Below are positions 19,947 through 31,400 of a stretch of DNA of 64,000 nucleotides, one piece after another. This DNA is from a virus: positions 32,001 to 96,000 of IMG/VR virus record IMGVR_UViG_3300021197_001635; one strand, 5' to 3'. The notes beneath the pieces were generated by a model. That model was not told where the DNA came from. It saw only the letters and a list, made by a program, of their open reading frames with translations, and did no database searches. The position numbers and the translations under genes are program-made. Every line of letters starts with the position of its first letter. The stretch's first letter is position 1.

Positions 19947-20790
19947 AAAGATTTTCACAGTTGGATGCCCCTTCGCCCATGATTTGAGCTCTTGTAATTC
20001 TTGCAGCGGATCTGCCCCCAAGAGGATCAATTGGTCACATAAATTTTTACCAGAAGATATCGAAGAGGGCGATTCTGTGGTATATTTCGACATGAATCAC
20101 AGGGCAGGACTGGACATACCACTAGACTCTGGGATAAACACTTTCCTCTGGTTATGTGAGTCTAGAGAGGTGACACCAAAGGCACATAAAGATGTTTATA
20201 CCAACTCAGATCTGTTTTTGTCCAGATACAAAGGTGTATTCACTTGCGATGATAACTTGTTGAGACTAGATGATAGATTTTTCAAGATCCCCAATGGGTC
20301 GAACCTTCCATGGATAAGGGACACTGGAGTTCACCCTAAGTCCAAGTTGATATCGATGGTATGCTCTGGAAAGAGTTCATGTGAAGGTCACCGTGTAAGG
20401 AATAAGGTGGCAGACTCCCTCATTGGCAAGATAGACCTATTTGGGAGATTTATAAACCCAATAGCAAGCAAGGAGGAAGGCCTCAACGACTACATGTTCT
20501 CTATAGCAATGGAGAATGCTAGGTATAAAACATACTATACAGAAAAATTATTAGACTGTTTTGCCACTGGGACTATACCCATCTATTGGGGAAGCCCAGA
20601 TATTGGTGAGCATTTTAATATGGACGGAATTATCATCCTAGACGATAATTTTGAAGAGGTAATATCCAATCTCAGTCCAGAATACTACAATGATAGGATG
20701 GATGCCATTAAGGATAACTACCAGAGATGTATGGATATTGAGATGGCAGATGATCTGGTGTGTGACAAAATATTGGAGATACTGTCATGA
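19936..20790 (+). CDS. GT10-like (alpha-1,3-fucosyltransferase-like) glycosyltransferase
   Basis: YMFSIAMEN...YYTEKL.D.F..GTIPIYWG. Confidence 0.8.
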   Translation: MVNRKIFTVGCPFAHDLSSCNSCSGSAPKRINWSHKFLPEDIEEGDSVVYFDMNHRAGLDIPLDSGINTFLWLCESREVTPKAHKDVYTNSDLFLSRYKGVFTCDDNLLRLDDRFFKIPNGSNLPWIRDTGVHPKSKLISMVCSGKSSCEGHRVRNKVADSLIGKIDLFGRFINPIASKEEGLNDYMFSIAMENARYKTYYTEKLLDCFATGTIPIYWGSPDIGEHFNMDGIIILDDNFEEVISNLSPEYYNDRMDAIKDNYQRCMDIEMADDLVCDKILEILS

Positions 20791-21608
20791 TAGTATTCAG
20801 CAGATTGGGAAATTACGGCAGGCATGGAAACCAGATGTTCCAGTATGCTGCCACTTATGCAACTGCTAAAGAGCTTGGTGTAGAGGCATACTGCCCATTG
20901 TCTACCAAGAAAGTGACACTAAGCTATTGCTTTGAACTTGGGGGTGTCAAGGACATGGGTGATATCGAATCCCCCGTGGTAGCAGACAATATGTATCTAG
21001 AGAAAGACGGTCATGCCCAGATACATGACAAAGAGATGGTAAAATCTATTGAACCAGTTAAAGACTCCGTTGTCGATCTAGTAGGTTATTTTCAGTCAGA
21101 GAAGTATTTCGAGAAGTATAAATCAGACATAATCAGAGAGTTCACCTTCAAGGAACCAATAGTGGAGGCTGCTAGCAAAATCTTTAAAGACGTGACTTCT
21201 GGTGGCAAGGTTGTGTCTCTACATGTAAGAAGAACAGACTATACCATGTTGTCCGCACATCACCCATTAATGACTAAGGAATACTGGGATGAGGCACTTG
21301 AGCACTTCCCAGATCACGAAGTGTTGATATCATCTGATGATGTTGAATGGTGCATGGATAACTTTGTGGGGGACAGATATACATTCACATCTTCAATAAT
21401 GAATGACATAGGGATCTACCCAGATATAGATATGTGCTTAATGACCATGTGCGATGGGAATATAATTGCTAATAGTAGTTTCAGTTGGTGGGGTGCTTGG
21501 TTAAATCAAAACGAGAATAAAAAGGTAGTAGCACCCAAGACGTGGTTTGGACCAAAGGGCAACAAGGAATGGCCCGACATTTATTGTGAAGGATGGTATA
21601 AATGCTAG
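20787..21608 (+). CDS. GT11 alpha-1,2-fucosyltransferase
   Basis: GRHGNQMFQYA, GYFQSEKYF, HVRRTDY, IIANSSFSWWGAWL. Confidence 0.9.
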   Translation: MIVFSRLGNYGRHGNQMFQYAATYATAKELGVEAYCPLSTKKVTLSYCFELGGVKDMGDIESPVVADNMYLEKDGHAQIHDKEMVKSIEPVKDSVVDLVGYFQSEKYFEKYKSDIIREFTFKEPIVEAASKIFKDVTSGGKVVSLHVRRTDYTMLSAHHPLMTKEYWDEALEHFPDHEVLISSDDVEWCMDNFVGDRYTFTSSIMNDIGIYPDIDMCLMTMCDGNIIANSSFSWWGAWLNQNENKKVVAPKTWFGPKGNKEWPDIYCEGWYKC

Positions 21609-21910
21609 TGATATATGTAGACATTGATGAGACTGTATGTGACACCCCCACCGATCCAGATGATGGGTCCAGAGACTATCACTCTTCCATCCCCAGAGAA
21701 GAGATGATAGATAAGGTTAATCAGATGTACGATGAAGGCAATAGGGTGGTGTACTGGACTGCTAGGGGAAGTAAGTCTGGTATAGATTGGTATGACCACA
21801 CAGAAAAGCAACTCAAGTCTTGGGGTGCTAAACACCACGAGCTTAGGTGTGACAAGCCCTTTTATGATATCTTCTACGATGACAAAACGATGAGAATAGA
21901 AGAAATCTGA
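21602..21910 (+). CDS. Small HAD-family phosphatase (capsule-cluster type)
   Basis: VDIDET, WTARG, KP.YD...DDK; paralogous to the N-domain of 18316. Confidence 0.8.
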   Translation: MLVIYVDIDETVCDTPTDPDDGSRDYHSSIPREEMIDKVNQMYDEGNRVVYWTARGSKSGIDWYDHTEKQLKSWGAKHHELRCDKPFYDIFYDDKTMRIEEI

Positions 21911-21917
21911 GAGAAGG

Positions 21918-21925
21918 TATAAATA
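21918..21925 (+). promoter_or_regulatory. T4-type late promoter TATAAATA
   Basis: Exact motif, intergenic, followed by RBS GAGGTG. Confidence 0.7.
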
Positions 21926-21951
21926 AACTAGTGATTTATTGAGGTGTTTAT

Positions 21952-22650
21952 ATGATTAATATAATAATAGTCGAATGTGATGGGGTCAGAAACCCCGAGG
22001 ATAATTACAATATACTTGATAGGATTGAAAGTCTTCCTGAGTCTTCTCTCCGCATTTTCATGTGTAAAAGGAAATGTCAAGATGAATGCGGGTTGGCAGA
22101 AGAAATTGGCAAAAGATACCCCGAATCCACCATCTATCTTGGAGAAGAGGAATGGGGAGAGGCTAGTAGCCTCTCAAAGGTTCTTGCATACACACATGAA
22201 ATCAATAATGGTCAGGATATGCTGGTTAGTTTCATTGGAAGATGTGACAACACTATAGATTTCGACCCCAATAAATTTCAAGAACTGCGTGACGACTCAG
22301 ACTTAGTAATATGGTCCGTGTTCAACAGCAGCGAACCCGAAGAGCCTAATATACAGTTAGAGACCGATGAAGGTTATTTTATACAGGCACACAGAGATAG
22401 TGTCCTAGATGATAACCGAGTGTCGGTGGGTACTTATTATTTCAGAGACTGGAATATTTACATTCAGGCCTATAATAATCTTCAGTCTACTTGGGGTGCA
22501 GAAACAGAAATACCATATAATGAGGTTGCTATTTGCGATATATGTAACTTCATCGATGAATCAGTTAAGGCTAAAGTATTCGATGTGATTGAAAACACAA
22601 CTATTTCGGAGGACGATAATAATGTTGTTAGACCTACAAAGCATAAATGA
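21952..22650 (+). CDS. Hypothetical protein, possibly degenerate sugar nucleotidyltransferase
   Basis: SVGTYYF and NEV.I..I.N resemble the C-half of capsular NTP-transferases; no Gly-rich N-terminal motif. Confidence 0.4.
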   Translation: MINIIIVECDGVRNPEDNYNILDRIESLPESSLRIFMCKRKCQDECGLAEEIGKRYPESTIYLGEEEWGEASSLSKVLAYTHEINNGQDMLVSFIGRCDNTIDFDPNKFQELRDDSDLVIWSVFNSSEPEEPNIQLETDEGYFIQAHRDSVLDDNRVSVGTYYFRDWNIYIQAYNNLQSTWGAETEIPYNEVAICDICNFIDESVKAKVFDVIENTTISEDDNNVVRPTKHK

Positions 22651-23254
22651 ACAATATAATATGGATGTCAGGGGTGTGATACACATCGGTGCACACTGGG
22701 GACAAGAGGTAGAAAGTTACAAGAGTTATGGTTGGGATAATATTTTGTTATTTGAACCACAACCATCATGTTATAGCATTCTAGAGGGCAAGTTCGGAGA
22801 TGACGATAATGTCGTATTGGTGAACAAAGCTTTAGGACCCAAACCCTGCAATATGAAGATGTATGTTGAGAGAGCGAATTCAGGAATGTCTAGTTCCCTT
22901 CTCAAACCATGTATGCACCTTGATCAATATCCAGGCATACTATTCAATGAAGAAATAGAAGTGGGTGTAGTCACCCTAGATGGCTACTTAGAAGAATCTG
23001 GACTTGACCAGTCTAACTATAATATGATAAATATAGATGTTCAAGGTTTTGAACTTGAAGTGTTTAAAGGTGCTGAATCAACCCTCAAAAATGTAGACTA
23101 TATCATTACCGAGATAAACAGAGCGGAGGTCTACGAAGGTTGTGCTAAGCACGATGAGTTAGATAAACATCTGGGATCTTATGGATTTAAGAGGGTGGAA
23201 ACTAACTGGGCTGGTTGGACTTGGGGAGATGCCTTCTATATAAAGGACGTTTGA
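22622..23254 (+). CDS. FkbM-family methyltransferase
   Basis: HIGAH.GQE, FEP, TLD, IDVQGFELEV.KG, WGDAFY. Confidence 0.9.
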   Translation: MLLDLQSINEQYNMDVRGVIHIGAHWGQEVESYKSYGWDNILLFEPQPSCYSILEGKFGDDDNVVLVNKALGPKPCNMKMYVERANSGMSSSLLKPCMHLDQYPGILFNEEIEVGVVTLDGYLEESGLDQSNYNMINIDVQGFELEVFKGAESTLKNVDYIITEINRAEVYEGCAKHDELDKHLGSYGFKRVETNWAGWTWGDAFYIKDV

Positions 23255-23255
23255 T

Positions 23256-24191
23256 ATGATGGACAAAGTTTCCAATGTGATATTCTTTAACTTCTATAAT
23301 AACGGGGATATTCATATCTCTAGGAATTATATAAAGATAATGATGGAGAGGCTAAAAGGCAAAGTAGAAGGTCAATTCTACGAAACCCACAAAAACAACC
23401 CATATATCTTGTCAGATATAGAGGGTCTATCTCACCTGCCGATTCAGGTACTGAGTCAGAATCCAGTCCCTTATAATGTTCCTTATTACCTTGATAGTAG
23501 TAGGAATTTGTTCATAAACACTTGGGCTGGTCAGGATCACTGTAGAAAGAACCCCAAAGAGAAGAAATGCACATTCCCCTTCATTACAGATAATTATAAT
23601 ATGATATTGGAAGATTTAGGACTCGATACAATAGATGTAAACATTGTGGATATATTTCCCAGCCTAGACTATAATAAGTTCAAAATCCACAATATAGACT
23701 CTCACTTCGTTGGGACTGATAGACATCATGTTCTGGTGTGTAATGGGGACACAATGTCTGGTCAATGTGAGAATTTCGATTTCAATCCTATAATCGAGAG
23801 ATTGTCGGATAAGCACAAAGATATTGATTTTGTAATGACTAATCATTCAGACAAGAAGATAGAGAGAGAAAATGTAGTATATAGTGAAGATATTATAATG
23901 TCTGACTCTTGTGATCTGAATGAGACTGCATATCTGAGCACCTTCTGTGGTGTAATTGTAGGCAGGATATCAGGACCTCACACATTTTCTTTCGTGAAAG
24001 AGAACTATACCAACGGCAAGAAGATTAATATTTCAATATGCAACGATTATGAGGAGGCTGATTATGATGCTAAAATCTATGAAGAATGTAAGATGAAAAC
24101 AATTTGGTCCGAATACAAGTCGGAGGACCAGATAGAAAACCTAATAGACATGGCATTAAGTGAAGCATTTTCAAAGAAAGTGAGTGTATAA
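23256..24191 (+). CDS. Hypothetical protein, possible GT-B glycosyltransferase
   Basis: NGDIH at N-terminus and IVGR.SGP near C-terminus resemble GT9-like proteins; island context. Confidence 0.45.
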   Translation: MMDKVSNVIFFNFYNNGDIHISRNYIKIMMERLKGKVEGQFYETHKNNPYILSDIEGLSHLPIQVLSQNPVPYNVPYYLDSSRNLFINTWAGQDHCRKNPKEKKCTFPFITDNYNMILEDLGLDTIDVNIVDIFPSLDYNKFKIHNIDSHFVGTDRHHVLVCNGDTMSGQCENFDFNPIIERLSDKHKDIDFVMTNHSDKKIERENVVYSEDIIMSDSCDLNETAYLSTFCGVIVGRISGPHTFSFVKENYTNGKKINISICNDYEEADYDAKIYEECKMKTIWSEYKSEDQIENLIDMALSEAFSKKVSV

Positions 24192-24595
24192 TGTATATAG
24201 AAGTGTCTAATGGAGATTTCTTTGATAGATTCTCGATACTCAATATTAAGAAGGATAGAATAGAAGATAAAGACAAGCTAGCATTCATAGAGATAGAGCT
24301 TAATAAGATGCGGAACCAGATTCATAGTCAGTACATATATATGCCAGTGCTAAGCAGTGATGACTACCGTGACTTATATGAGGTAAATGATCAATTGTGG
24401 GATATTGAAGACAGAATCAGACAAAAAGAAGAGCTTAAAGAGTATGACGAAGAATTCATTGGTTTATCTAGAAAAATATACATCAAAAATGACCTCAGAT
24501 TCAGGCTTAAAAACAAGATAGATACAGACACAGATTCCAAACTCCAAGAGCAGAAGAGTCATAAGACTTGTGAACGCCATGATACCAGTGTATAA
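24191..24595 (+). CDS. DUF6165-like protein
   Basis: EVS.G...D..SIL.IK, L.EVN..LWDIED.IR, ND.R...K..I, EQKS. Confidence 0.75.
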   Translation: MYIEVSNGDFFDRFSILNIKKDRIEDKDKLAFIEIELNKMRNQIHSQYIYMPVLSSDDYRDLYEVNDQLWDIEDRIRQKEELKEYDEEFIGLSRKIYIKNDLRFRLKNKIDTDTDSKLQEQKSHKTCERHDTSV

Positions 24596-25670
24596 ACCAT
24601 ATTTGTCTAGCAGAACAATAAACCTGGCCAAAGATGCCCTCGACGAAGGTTGGATCTCCTCTAATGGCAGATTCAAACAGATGGCATCAGATTTGCTGTG
24701 TGAGAAGACTGGGAGCAATTATGCATATCTCACCTGCAATGGAACAGCTGCATGCCATGCTATGTTTAGATCTATAAGAGAATTCTACCCTTCTCATATA
24801 CGTATGGCAGTACCCAACAACTGTTATGTAGCAGCATGGAATTCTCTACTATTCGATGGAGACTACATAGATATCACCCCAGTGGATGCAGACCCTGACA
24901 CTTGGAATATGAATGTAGAAGATATACCCGATAGTTGTGACACCTTAATGGTGGTCCATAATCTTGGTAATGTTGTAAATGTCCCCAAGATTAAGGAAAA
25001 GAGACCAGAAATGTTAGTGATAGAAGATGCATGTGAGGCCTTATTCGGTGACTATGGAGGCAAACCAGTTGGATCTGATTCTTTTTGCTCAGCATTTTCT
25101 TTTTTCGGGAATAAGAATATCTCCTCTGGAGAAGGTGGTGCACTCGTCACCGATGATGAAGACGTAATATCCTATGTCAAGCACATCTGTGAGCAAGGTC
25201 AAACAGATAAGAGATTCATACATGACACCCTAGCATATAATTACAGAATGAGCAACATCCATTCTGCCATACTTTACGGTCAGTTGATGGACTTCGAAGA
25301 CATCGCCGATATGAAAAAAGAAGTATTTCATAACTACAATGAAATGCTTTCAGGTCTGCCCCTAGAAGTGCAAGTAGAAGAGGAAGACACCAACCACTCA
25401 TTGTGGATGTATGGGGTTAAGATGCCTTCCATAGATGCTAAAGAATCGGTAGTTTCAAGTCTTAAAAATGCTGGGATAGAGACTAGACCCATGTTCTACC
25501 CCATGTCTAGTCATGAACATCTGTCGGGTATAGCAAACCCAGATGATGAAGAAATTGCCGTGGACTTGTCTGAGAGATGTATAATGCTACCAAGCTATCC
25601 TGATTTGGACAAATCAAATATCAAACAGATAACAGATGTGATAAAGGAATCCATGAATGAGCATATTTGA
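24579..25670 (+). CDS. DegT/DnrJ PLP aminotransferase (perosamine synthase-like)
   Basis: NGTAA, EDACEA, FSFFGNKNISSGEGG, YNYRM, ETRPMF. Confidence 0.9.
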   Translation: MIPVYKPYLSSRTINLAKDALDEGWISSNGRFKQMASDLLCEKTGSNYAYLTCNGTAACHAMFRSIREFYPSHIRMAVPNNCYVAAWNSLLFDGDYIDITPVDADPDTWNMNVEDIPDSCDTLMVVHNLGNVVNVPKIKEKRPEMLVIEDACEALFGDYGGKPVGSDSFCSAFSFFGNKNISSGEGGALVTDDEDVISYVKHICEQGQTDKRFIHDTLAYNYRMSNIHSAILYGQLMDFEDIADMKKEVFHNYNEMLSGLPLEVQVEEEDTNHSLWMYGVKMPSIDAKESVVSSLKNAGIETRPMFYPMSSHEHLSGIANPDDEEIAVDLSERCIMLPSYPDLDKSNIKQITDVIKESMNEHI

Positions 25671-26691
25671 CTTCGATGATGATAAGATAAGATTAGACTT
25701 CATACATGGTAACAGCTTTAGAGATATGGCACATATCGACATAGACAACAGGATACCGATGGGGTTTCACACTAAGAGGGTTGATCCAGAGGATTTGCCC
25801 ATGATGAAAAATGGTAAGAGAAAGGCAATAGTCTGTACTAGGGTAGATTGGGAAACCAGAGGACACAACTTGGTCAGCACCCTTAATTTTCTAAACAGTT
25901 ATGCCAATGTAGAGGTGATCCTGATAACTTATGGCTCTTATCTCACCCCAGATAAGAGTATATTCGACAACATACCAGAATGCGTTTTTAAGTGGTATGC
26001 TGTCAATGCCGAGCACCCCAATGAAAAAGTGGTGGGGATACCGCTGGGGATAGCAAAGCCTATATGGGAGAATGGTCAGATATCCAACCTAGTAGACAAC
26101 CGATCAGGAGACAAGGACAGACTGCTATATATCAACCACAATACTAGCACTGATCGCAACTCTCCCAGAGGCAATCTTAGGCAAGTGATCTATGACAGAT
26201 TCAGATCTGAAGAGGGAGACTGGTTTACCTTAGTAGACCAGTTTGGAGAGTGCAACCTATATGGTTATGATAGTATGGAAGACCTTGCAAAGGACAAAGC
26301 AGCATCCAATATGGAAATAGCAGAGGGTATCAAAGAGAGAGGAAGAAGAATATTTGCCGAGGGTGGCAAGGAGATCAGAGACTCATCCAAGAGATACGTC
26401 CAAGAAATGAGTTCCCACAAGTTTACGTTGTCTCCTTCTGGGATGGGATATGACACTATGAGAACTTGGGAGGCCCTTTATTCAAAGACCATACCCATTG
26501 TTACTGATTACCAAGCAATGAAGCACTTCAGCGATCTGCCTATCTTATACACTAACGATTATAGCGAGATTACCGAAGATTACCTAAATAACAAGTATGA
26601 AGAATTTCAGTCCAGAGACTGGGACCTATCTAAACTGTTTTTCTCTTATTGGAAGAACAGAATAAACGAGGATTTTAACAACCATGAGTGA
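25657..26691 (+). CDS. Exostosin/GT47-like glycosyltransferase
   Basis: IPLG, KFTLSP.G.G.DT.R.WEALY..TIPIV. Confidence 0.7.
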   Translation: MSIFDFDDDKIRLDFIHGNSFRDMAHIDIDNRIPMGFHTKRVDPEDLPMMKNGKRKAIVCTRVDWETRGHNLVSTLNFLNSYANVEVILITYGSYLTPDKSIFDNIPECVFKWYAVNAEHPNEKVVGIPLGIAKPIWENGQISNLVDNRSGDKDRLLYINHNTSTDRNSPRGNLRQVIYDRFRSEEGDWFTLVDQFGECNLYGYDSMEDLAKDKAASNMEIAEGIKERGRRIFAEGGKEIRDSSKRYVQEMSSHKFTLSPSGMGYDTMRTWEALYSKTIPIVTDYQAMKHFSDLPILYTNDYSEITEDYLNNKYEEFQSRDWDLSKLFFSYWKNRINEDFNNHE

Positions 26692-27958
26692 GAGCAATAT
26701 GCATAAATTAACATTATCAATGATCGTGAAGAACGAGTCCCATATTATCAAAGAATGTCTGGAGTCTGTTTCACCATATATTGATTATTGGGTCATAGCA
26801 GACAACGGTTCTACTGATGGAACCCAGCAGTTGGTCAAAGATTTCTTCGAAGATAAGGGCATCCCAGGCGAACTACATGAAGTAGAGTGGGTAGACTTCG
26901 GTCATAACAGGACGGAGGCCCTAAATCTATGCAAGGGAAAGGCTGATTATTGTCTAATGATAGATGCCGATGACGAACTCAGAGGTAAGATGGAACTTCC
27001 TAGGGACATGAATGCAGAAGGATACGCCCTAAGGATCCAGAGAGGAGACTTTACTTGGTGGAGGACGCAGATCTTTAAGACTGATGCAGGCTGGAAGTAT
27101 ACTGGTGTTCTCCATGAATATGCAGAGTGTCCAAGAGAAGAGGGAGAGCCTTTGATCACTATGGAGAGGGTCAAAGGTGATTATTTCGTTGATGCCAGAA
27201 CTTTGGGTGCTAGAAACAAGAATGAAGATGGGACTGGGATAGATCCCATCCAAAAGTATAGTAGAGATGCCGAAGTATTGTTGGAAGCCTTAAAGAAGGA
27301 TCCAGAAAATGCAAGATACCAGTTTTATCTAGCACAATCCTATTTCGACTCTCAACAGTGGGAGAAATCTTTGGAGGCATATACCCAAAGAGCAGCAATG
27401 GGTGGTTGGGCAGAAGAGGTATTTTACTCTGTCTTTAGATGTGCTATGATAAAGCTAATCAAGGGGGACGACTGGCCCGAATCTCAAGACACTATGATGC
27501 AGGCATGGAATGTGAGACCCCATAGAGCAGAACCCTTATATAATCTAGCAAAGATTCATAGGACCAATGGTAATCCCAATCTAGCATACTTATTTGCTGC
27601 TCAAGCAATGAGAATACCGTATCCCAAGGATGATATCCTATTCATTAGTGATGACATCTATAAATGGCAAATATTGGACGAGTATGCCTCTGTAGCCTTT
27701 TACGTTAATGATCTAGAGGGGGGTTATCAGGCCGCCCAGAAGTTAGTCAACATGTGTAATAAGGGAGAGATCCCAGTGGAGAATCATGAAAGACTAACCC
27801 TTAACCTTAACCACTATGCTAATGCCTTGGGGGAAAGATCCAAAGTAATGGCAGAGGTCAATAAGGCAGCGATTGACAATAAGAAGAAATACCAGGCTAA
27901 GATTAATGGAATGAAAAATAAGAGAAAGAAGAGAGATAAGAAGAAGGCTAGGAGTTGA
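26684..27958 (+). CDS. GT2 glycosyltransferase with TPR repeats
   Basis: LSMIVKNE, D.GSTDGT, DFG.NR, IDADD, GVLHE; C-terminal RYQFYLAQSY, RPHRAEPL TPR-like repeats. Confidence 0.88.
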   Translation: MSESNMHKLTLSMIVKNESHIIKECLESVSPYIDYWVIADNGSTDGTQQLVKDFFEDKGIPGELHEVEWVDFGHNRTEALNLCKGKADYCLMIDADDELRGKMELPRDMNAEGYALRIQRGDFTWWRTQIFKTDAGWKYTGVLHEYAECPREEGEPLITMERVKGDYFVDARTLGARNKNEDGTGIDPIQKYSRDAEVLLEALKKDPENARYQFYLAQSYFDSQQWEKSLEAYTQRAAMGGWAEEVFYSVFRCAMIKLIKGDDWPESQDTMMQAWNVRPHRAEPLYNLAKIHRTNGNPNLAYLFAAQAMRIPYPKDDILFISDDIYKWQILDEYASVAFYVNDLEGGYQAAQKLVNMCNKGEIPVENHERLTLNLNHYANALGERSKVMAEVNKAAIDNKKKYQAKINGMKNKRKKRDKKKARS

Positions 27959-27963
27959 ACCAG

Positions 27964-27971
27964 TATAAATA
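27964..27971 (+). promoter_or_regulatory. T4-type late promoter TATAAATA
   Basis: Exact motif upstream of the structural fibre genes. Confidence 0.75.
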
Positions 27972-28005
27972 TGTTTGAGAACCCCAAATACTGGAGAACA
28001 TTCAA

Positions 28006-28470
28006 ATGGCAAGAGCTGGTGTATATGACATAACCACAGAGCAGGGTGCTAGCTTCACCCTGCATCTTACTTACCAAGATTCCGACTCCAACGGATTCAC
28101 GTTAGATGACTATAAGGCAACTATGCAAGTCAGAAGATCTCCAGAAGATCCTGATTTGTTGCTCTGGATAACAGGTTCCACTGCTAGTCTAACTGCTGGT
28201 ACTCCTCATACGGGATCGCTCACTGGTGGAGGTAGCACTGGTGAGTTTGGATCTACTCAGGGTGTCTCTGGGACTGGCAATATAAACTTGGATGTATCCT
28301 CTGGTGGCGCTACTGGAACTACTGGTGGTATCCTTGTAACTATAGACTCTAATACCATGGCAAATGTCCCATCGGGTAGACACTTCTATGACTTAGAGAT
28401 ATATGCTGGAACTTCGGTCACAAAACTGGTCAAGGGAAGATTTGAGGTAGAGGCGGAAGTTACTAGATGA
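28006..28470 (+). CDS. Putative virion structural protein (fibre-associated)
   Basis: YDIT.EQGA.F, MQVR, G...YDLE, KLV.G.F.V..EVTR pattern typical of small phage adaptor proteins; late promoter. Confidence 0.6.
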   Translation: MARAGVYDITTEQGASFTLHLTYQDSDSNGFTLDDYKATMQVRRSPEDPDLLLWITGSTASLTAGTPHTGSLTGGGSTGEFGSTQGVSGTGNINLDVSSGGATGTTGGILVTIDSNTMANVPSGRHFYDLEIYAGTSVTKLVKGRFEVEAEVTR

Positions 28471-31400
28471 GAATTTCACTGTCAGATTCAAACCAGCACA
28501 AGATAATAATCACTGGTAAGAACCAGGCTAGGGTTATTGTACAACCAGACACAGACAAGGTGTTGATTAATACCCCATCTGGTGTGGGTCCTCAAGGTCC
28601 TCAAGGCGTTTCTGGACCACGAGGTGTCACTGGTCCACAAGGTGTTACTGGAACCACAGGAGCAACAGGAACAACTGGTAGCACAGGGTCGACTGGCAGT
28701 ACTGGTGCTACTGGTGCTACTGGTGCACAGGGACCTGCAGGTCCAGGATTTACTGGTGCTCAGGGACCAACAGGTGCTACAGGCGCTACTGGTGCTACTG
28801 GTTCACAAGGACCCGCAGGTCCACAAGGTGTAACTGGAACCACAGGAGCAACTGGTGCGACAGGAACGACTGGTGCTACTGGAACCACGGGATCCACTGG
28901 ACCAGCAGGACCCCAAGGTTCAGCAGGACCACAAGGTCTGACGGGAGCTACTGGAACCACTGGGGCAACTGGAACTACGGGATCCACTGGACCAGCAGGA
29001 CCCCAAGGTTCAGCAGGACCTCAGGGTGCTACTGGAACTACAGGAGCTACTGGGGCCACTGGGGCAACTGGAACTACAGGATCCACTGGACCCGCAGGAC
29101 CACAAGGTTCAGCAGGACCACAAGGTTTAACGGGAGCTACGGGTACTACTGGTGCAACAGGCACTACAGGATCCACTGGACCCGCAGGACCACAAGGTTC
29201 AGCAGGACCACAAGGTTTAACGGGAGCTACGGGTACTACTGGAACAACTGGTGCTACGGGTACTACTGGGTCCACTGGGTCCACTGGTAGTACTGGGCCT
29301 TCTGGATATATTACATATACCTACGATGAATCTGATGCACAAAGTGCTGGTAAAGTACACTTCACTAATGCTACAAGCGCGGGTTTCAAAATCAACTTGG
29401 ATCCAGGCGGAGGATTAGATGATATAGGTGATATAGAATCGTCACCCATAGTGGTCACTGTAAATAGCCTTGCAGCAGCGAAAAGAGCAGTATTCAGGAT
29501 TATTGGAACCCCAGATGAAGGAACTGGAGGCGAGATCAGTTGGTCGGGTGGAAGCAATACAAGAATCCTTCACTATGGTGGGAACTTCACTGATGGCGAA
29601 TCCGTAATTGTGGGTTGGTTGCGTGAAGGTGGGGCTACTGGTACTACTGGGGCTACGGGATCCACTGGACCCGCAGGACCCCAAGGTTCAGCAGGACCAC
29701 AAGGTTTGACGGGGGCTACTGGTACTACTGGTACTACTGGTGCTACTGGAACCACGGGATCCACTGGTGCTGATGCTGGAGCACCATATATCTTTCAGAC
29801 TGGAGACTCGAGTCCAGATGATGGTAATCTATATGTGTTAGACTCCTCCAACGGCAACACCACCGTTAGTGCCAATGTAGCATTCTTAGTGATAGGCAAT
29901 AGAGATACCACACTAGCTAATAATAGCGACTGGATCAGTTCATGGGATGATTCTACCTCGGTTAAGAGAGGTAGTGTGACTGTCAAGCAAAGAGGCGGCA
30001 GTAAATATATGGTTCTGGACGTGATAGGTGATATGACCGACTCAGGTGATGGTGATTCTAGGAAGATACCAGTAGAATTCGTAGGTGGTGGTCTGGACCT
30101 GGCCGATGATGCTCAGGATGTAAGTGTTAGCTTCACTAGGTATGGAGATGCTGGTACAGGTGGATATGGTAACCTGTCATGGAAATACTCAATAGACACA
30201 ACTACTACTGTACCAGGCGGAATTCCTCAAGGAGGCATTAGATTAAGTAGTGCGACTATCTCAGCGGCTACCCATGCTTACTTCAGTGATTTCACCAATG
30301 AATTTGGTAATCCAGGCATAACTCAATGGTATGAATACGTAGTGTCTGGTGTTTCCGCTGGTGCTGAATACCCACAGGATTTATTTTACCTCAAGTTGTT
30401 CAAGCAAGCAGAGGATTATAAATGGGCGGTATTCTCTATAACTAACGGCATTAGTGCTTCAAATGCTGGCAATGCTTCTGGTAACACTGGATATTATGAC
30501 TTTGATATAGCCCACATAGCATCTAGTGTGGATACCGTCAGCAGTCTGGCAGACGGTGAAGGTCAAGCAATTGCTACATTCAGTGAGGCTGGTAGACATG
30601 ACAGGATACCAAGTTCTCTTGGATTCGATGCAGGTGATTATTTTTATATATTACCTGCTGCCAGCATAGTTGACAACGGCAGTAATTGTTATTTCTTAGG
30701 TATAGACCCAAATGGCCAAGGTAATGCAGGCAGAGGACTTGTCTGGGGTTATAGTAAAAATGATGGTGGATATGATGACAAGCTACAGACTAATATAACC
30801 TGCCAAAATAGGAGTGGTGATAGCAATTGCACTATTTGGGACAACATACCCGATGGGGCACAGGTCATAATGAGGATTGCGTTTGATGGTATAGGTAGTA
30901 ACCCATCAGCACATGTGGACTATCTTGGATATTTCGATGAAGGCAATTGTTCCAGTGAGAGAAAATTCTACTTCGCACAAGATGCGGGTGGCGCAGGCAT
31001 TGTACCAGTAGCAGTAGATGTGCCTGACGGTCGAGTCGACGATGAAGGCGATCCTAGTTTTAATGCCTATATGAGGCATATTCTTGGACAGTACATACAA
31101 TTCAACAATGCCGTTCCAGTGAAGATCAGCGTAGATGTCGTTAATCCTTTATTCGGTTTCAATCTGGCTACTTTAGACGGTATCACCTCTGGTACGACTA
31201 GCGGGGCATCTGGTGCTGGTCTCACTGGTAATACTTCGGGCAATGCGATATTCAATTCTGGTGTCAGTGGCAAGATTCAATTCACAGCACCTACCCTCTT
31301 GTCTACCATCACCACCAGATCATCTATCGGTATTGGTGCTAGTAAAACAGCATCTGGTGCATCTGGTTCCATACTGCAGGTGATTGCAACTGGTACGACT

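Noticed and set aside
27960-27994. CCAGTAT/ATACTGG stem that could occlude the RBS on read-through transcripts, as for T4 late genes e and soc
   Set aside because: Only 7 bp with a 21-nt loop; too weak to claim
28760-29764. PVAPV-repeat minus-strand ORFs
   Set aside because: Reverse complement of the collagen repeats
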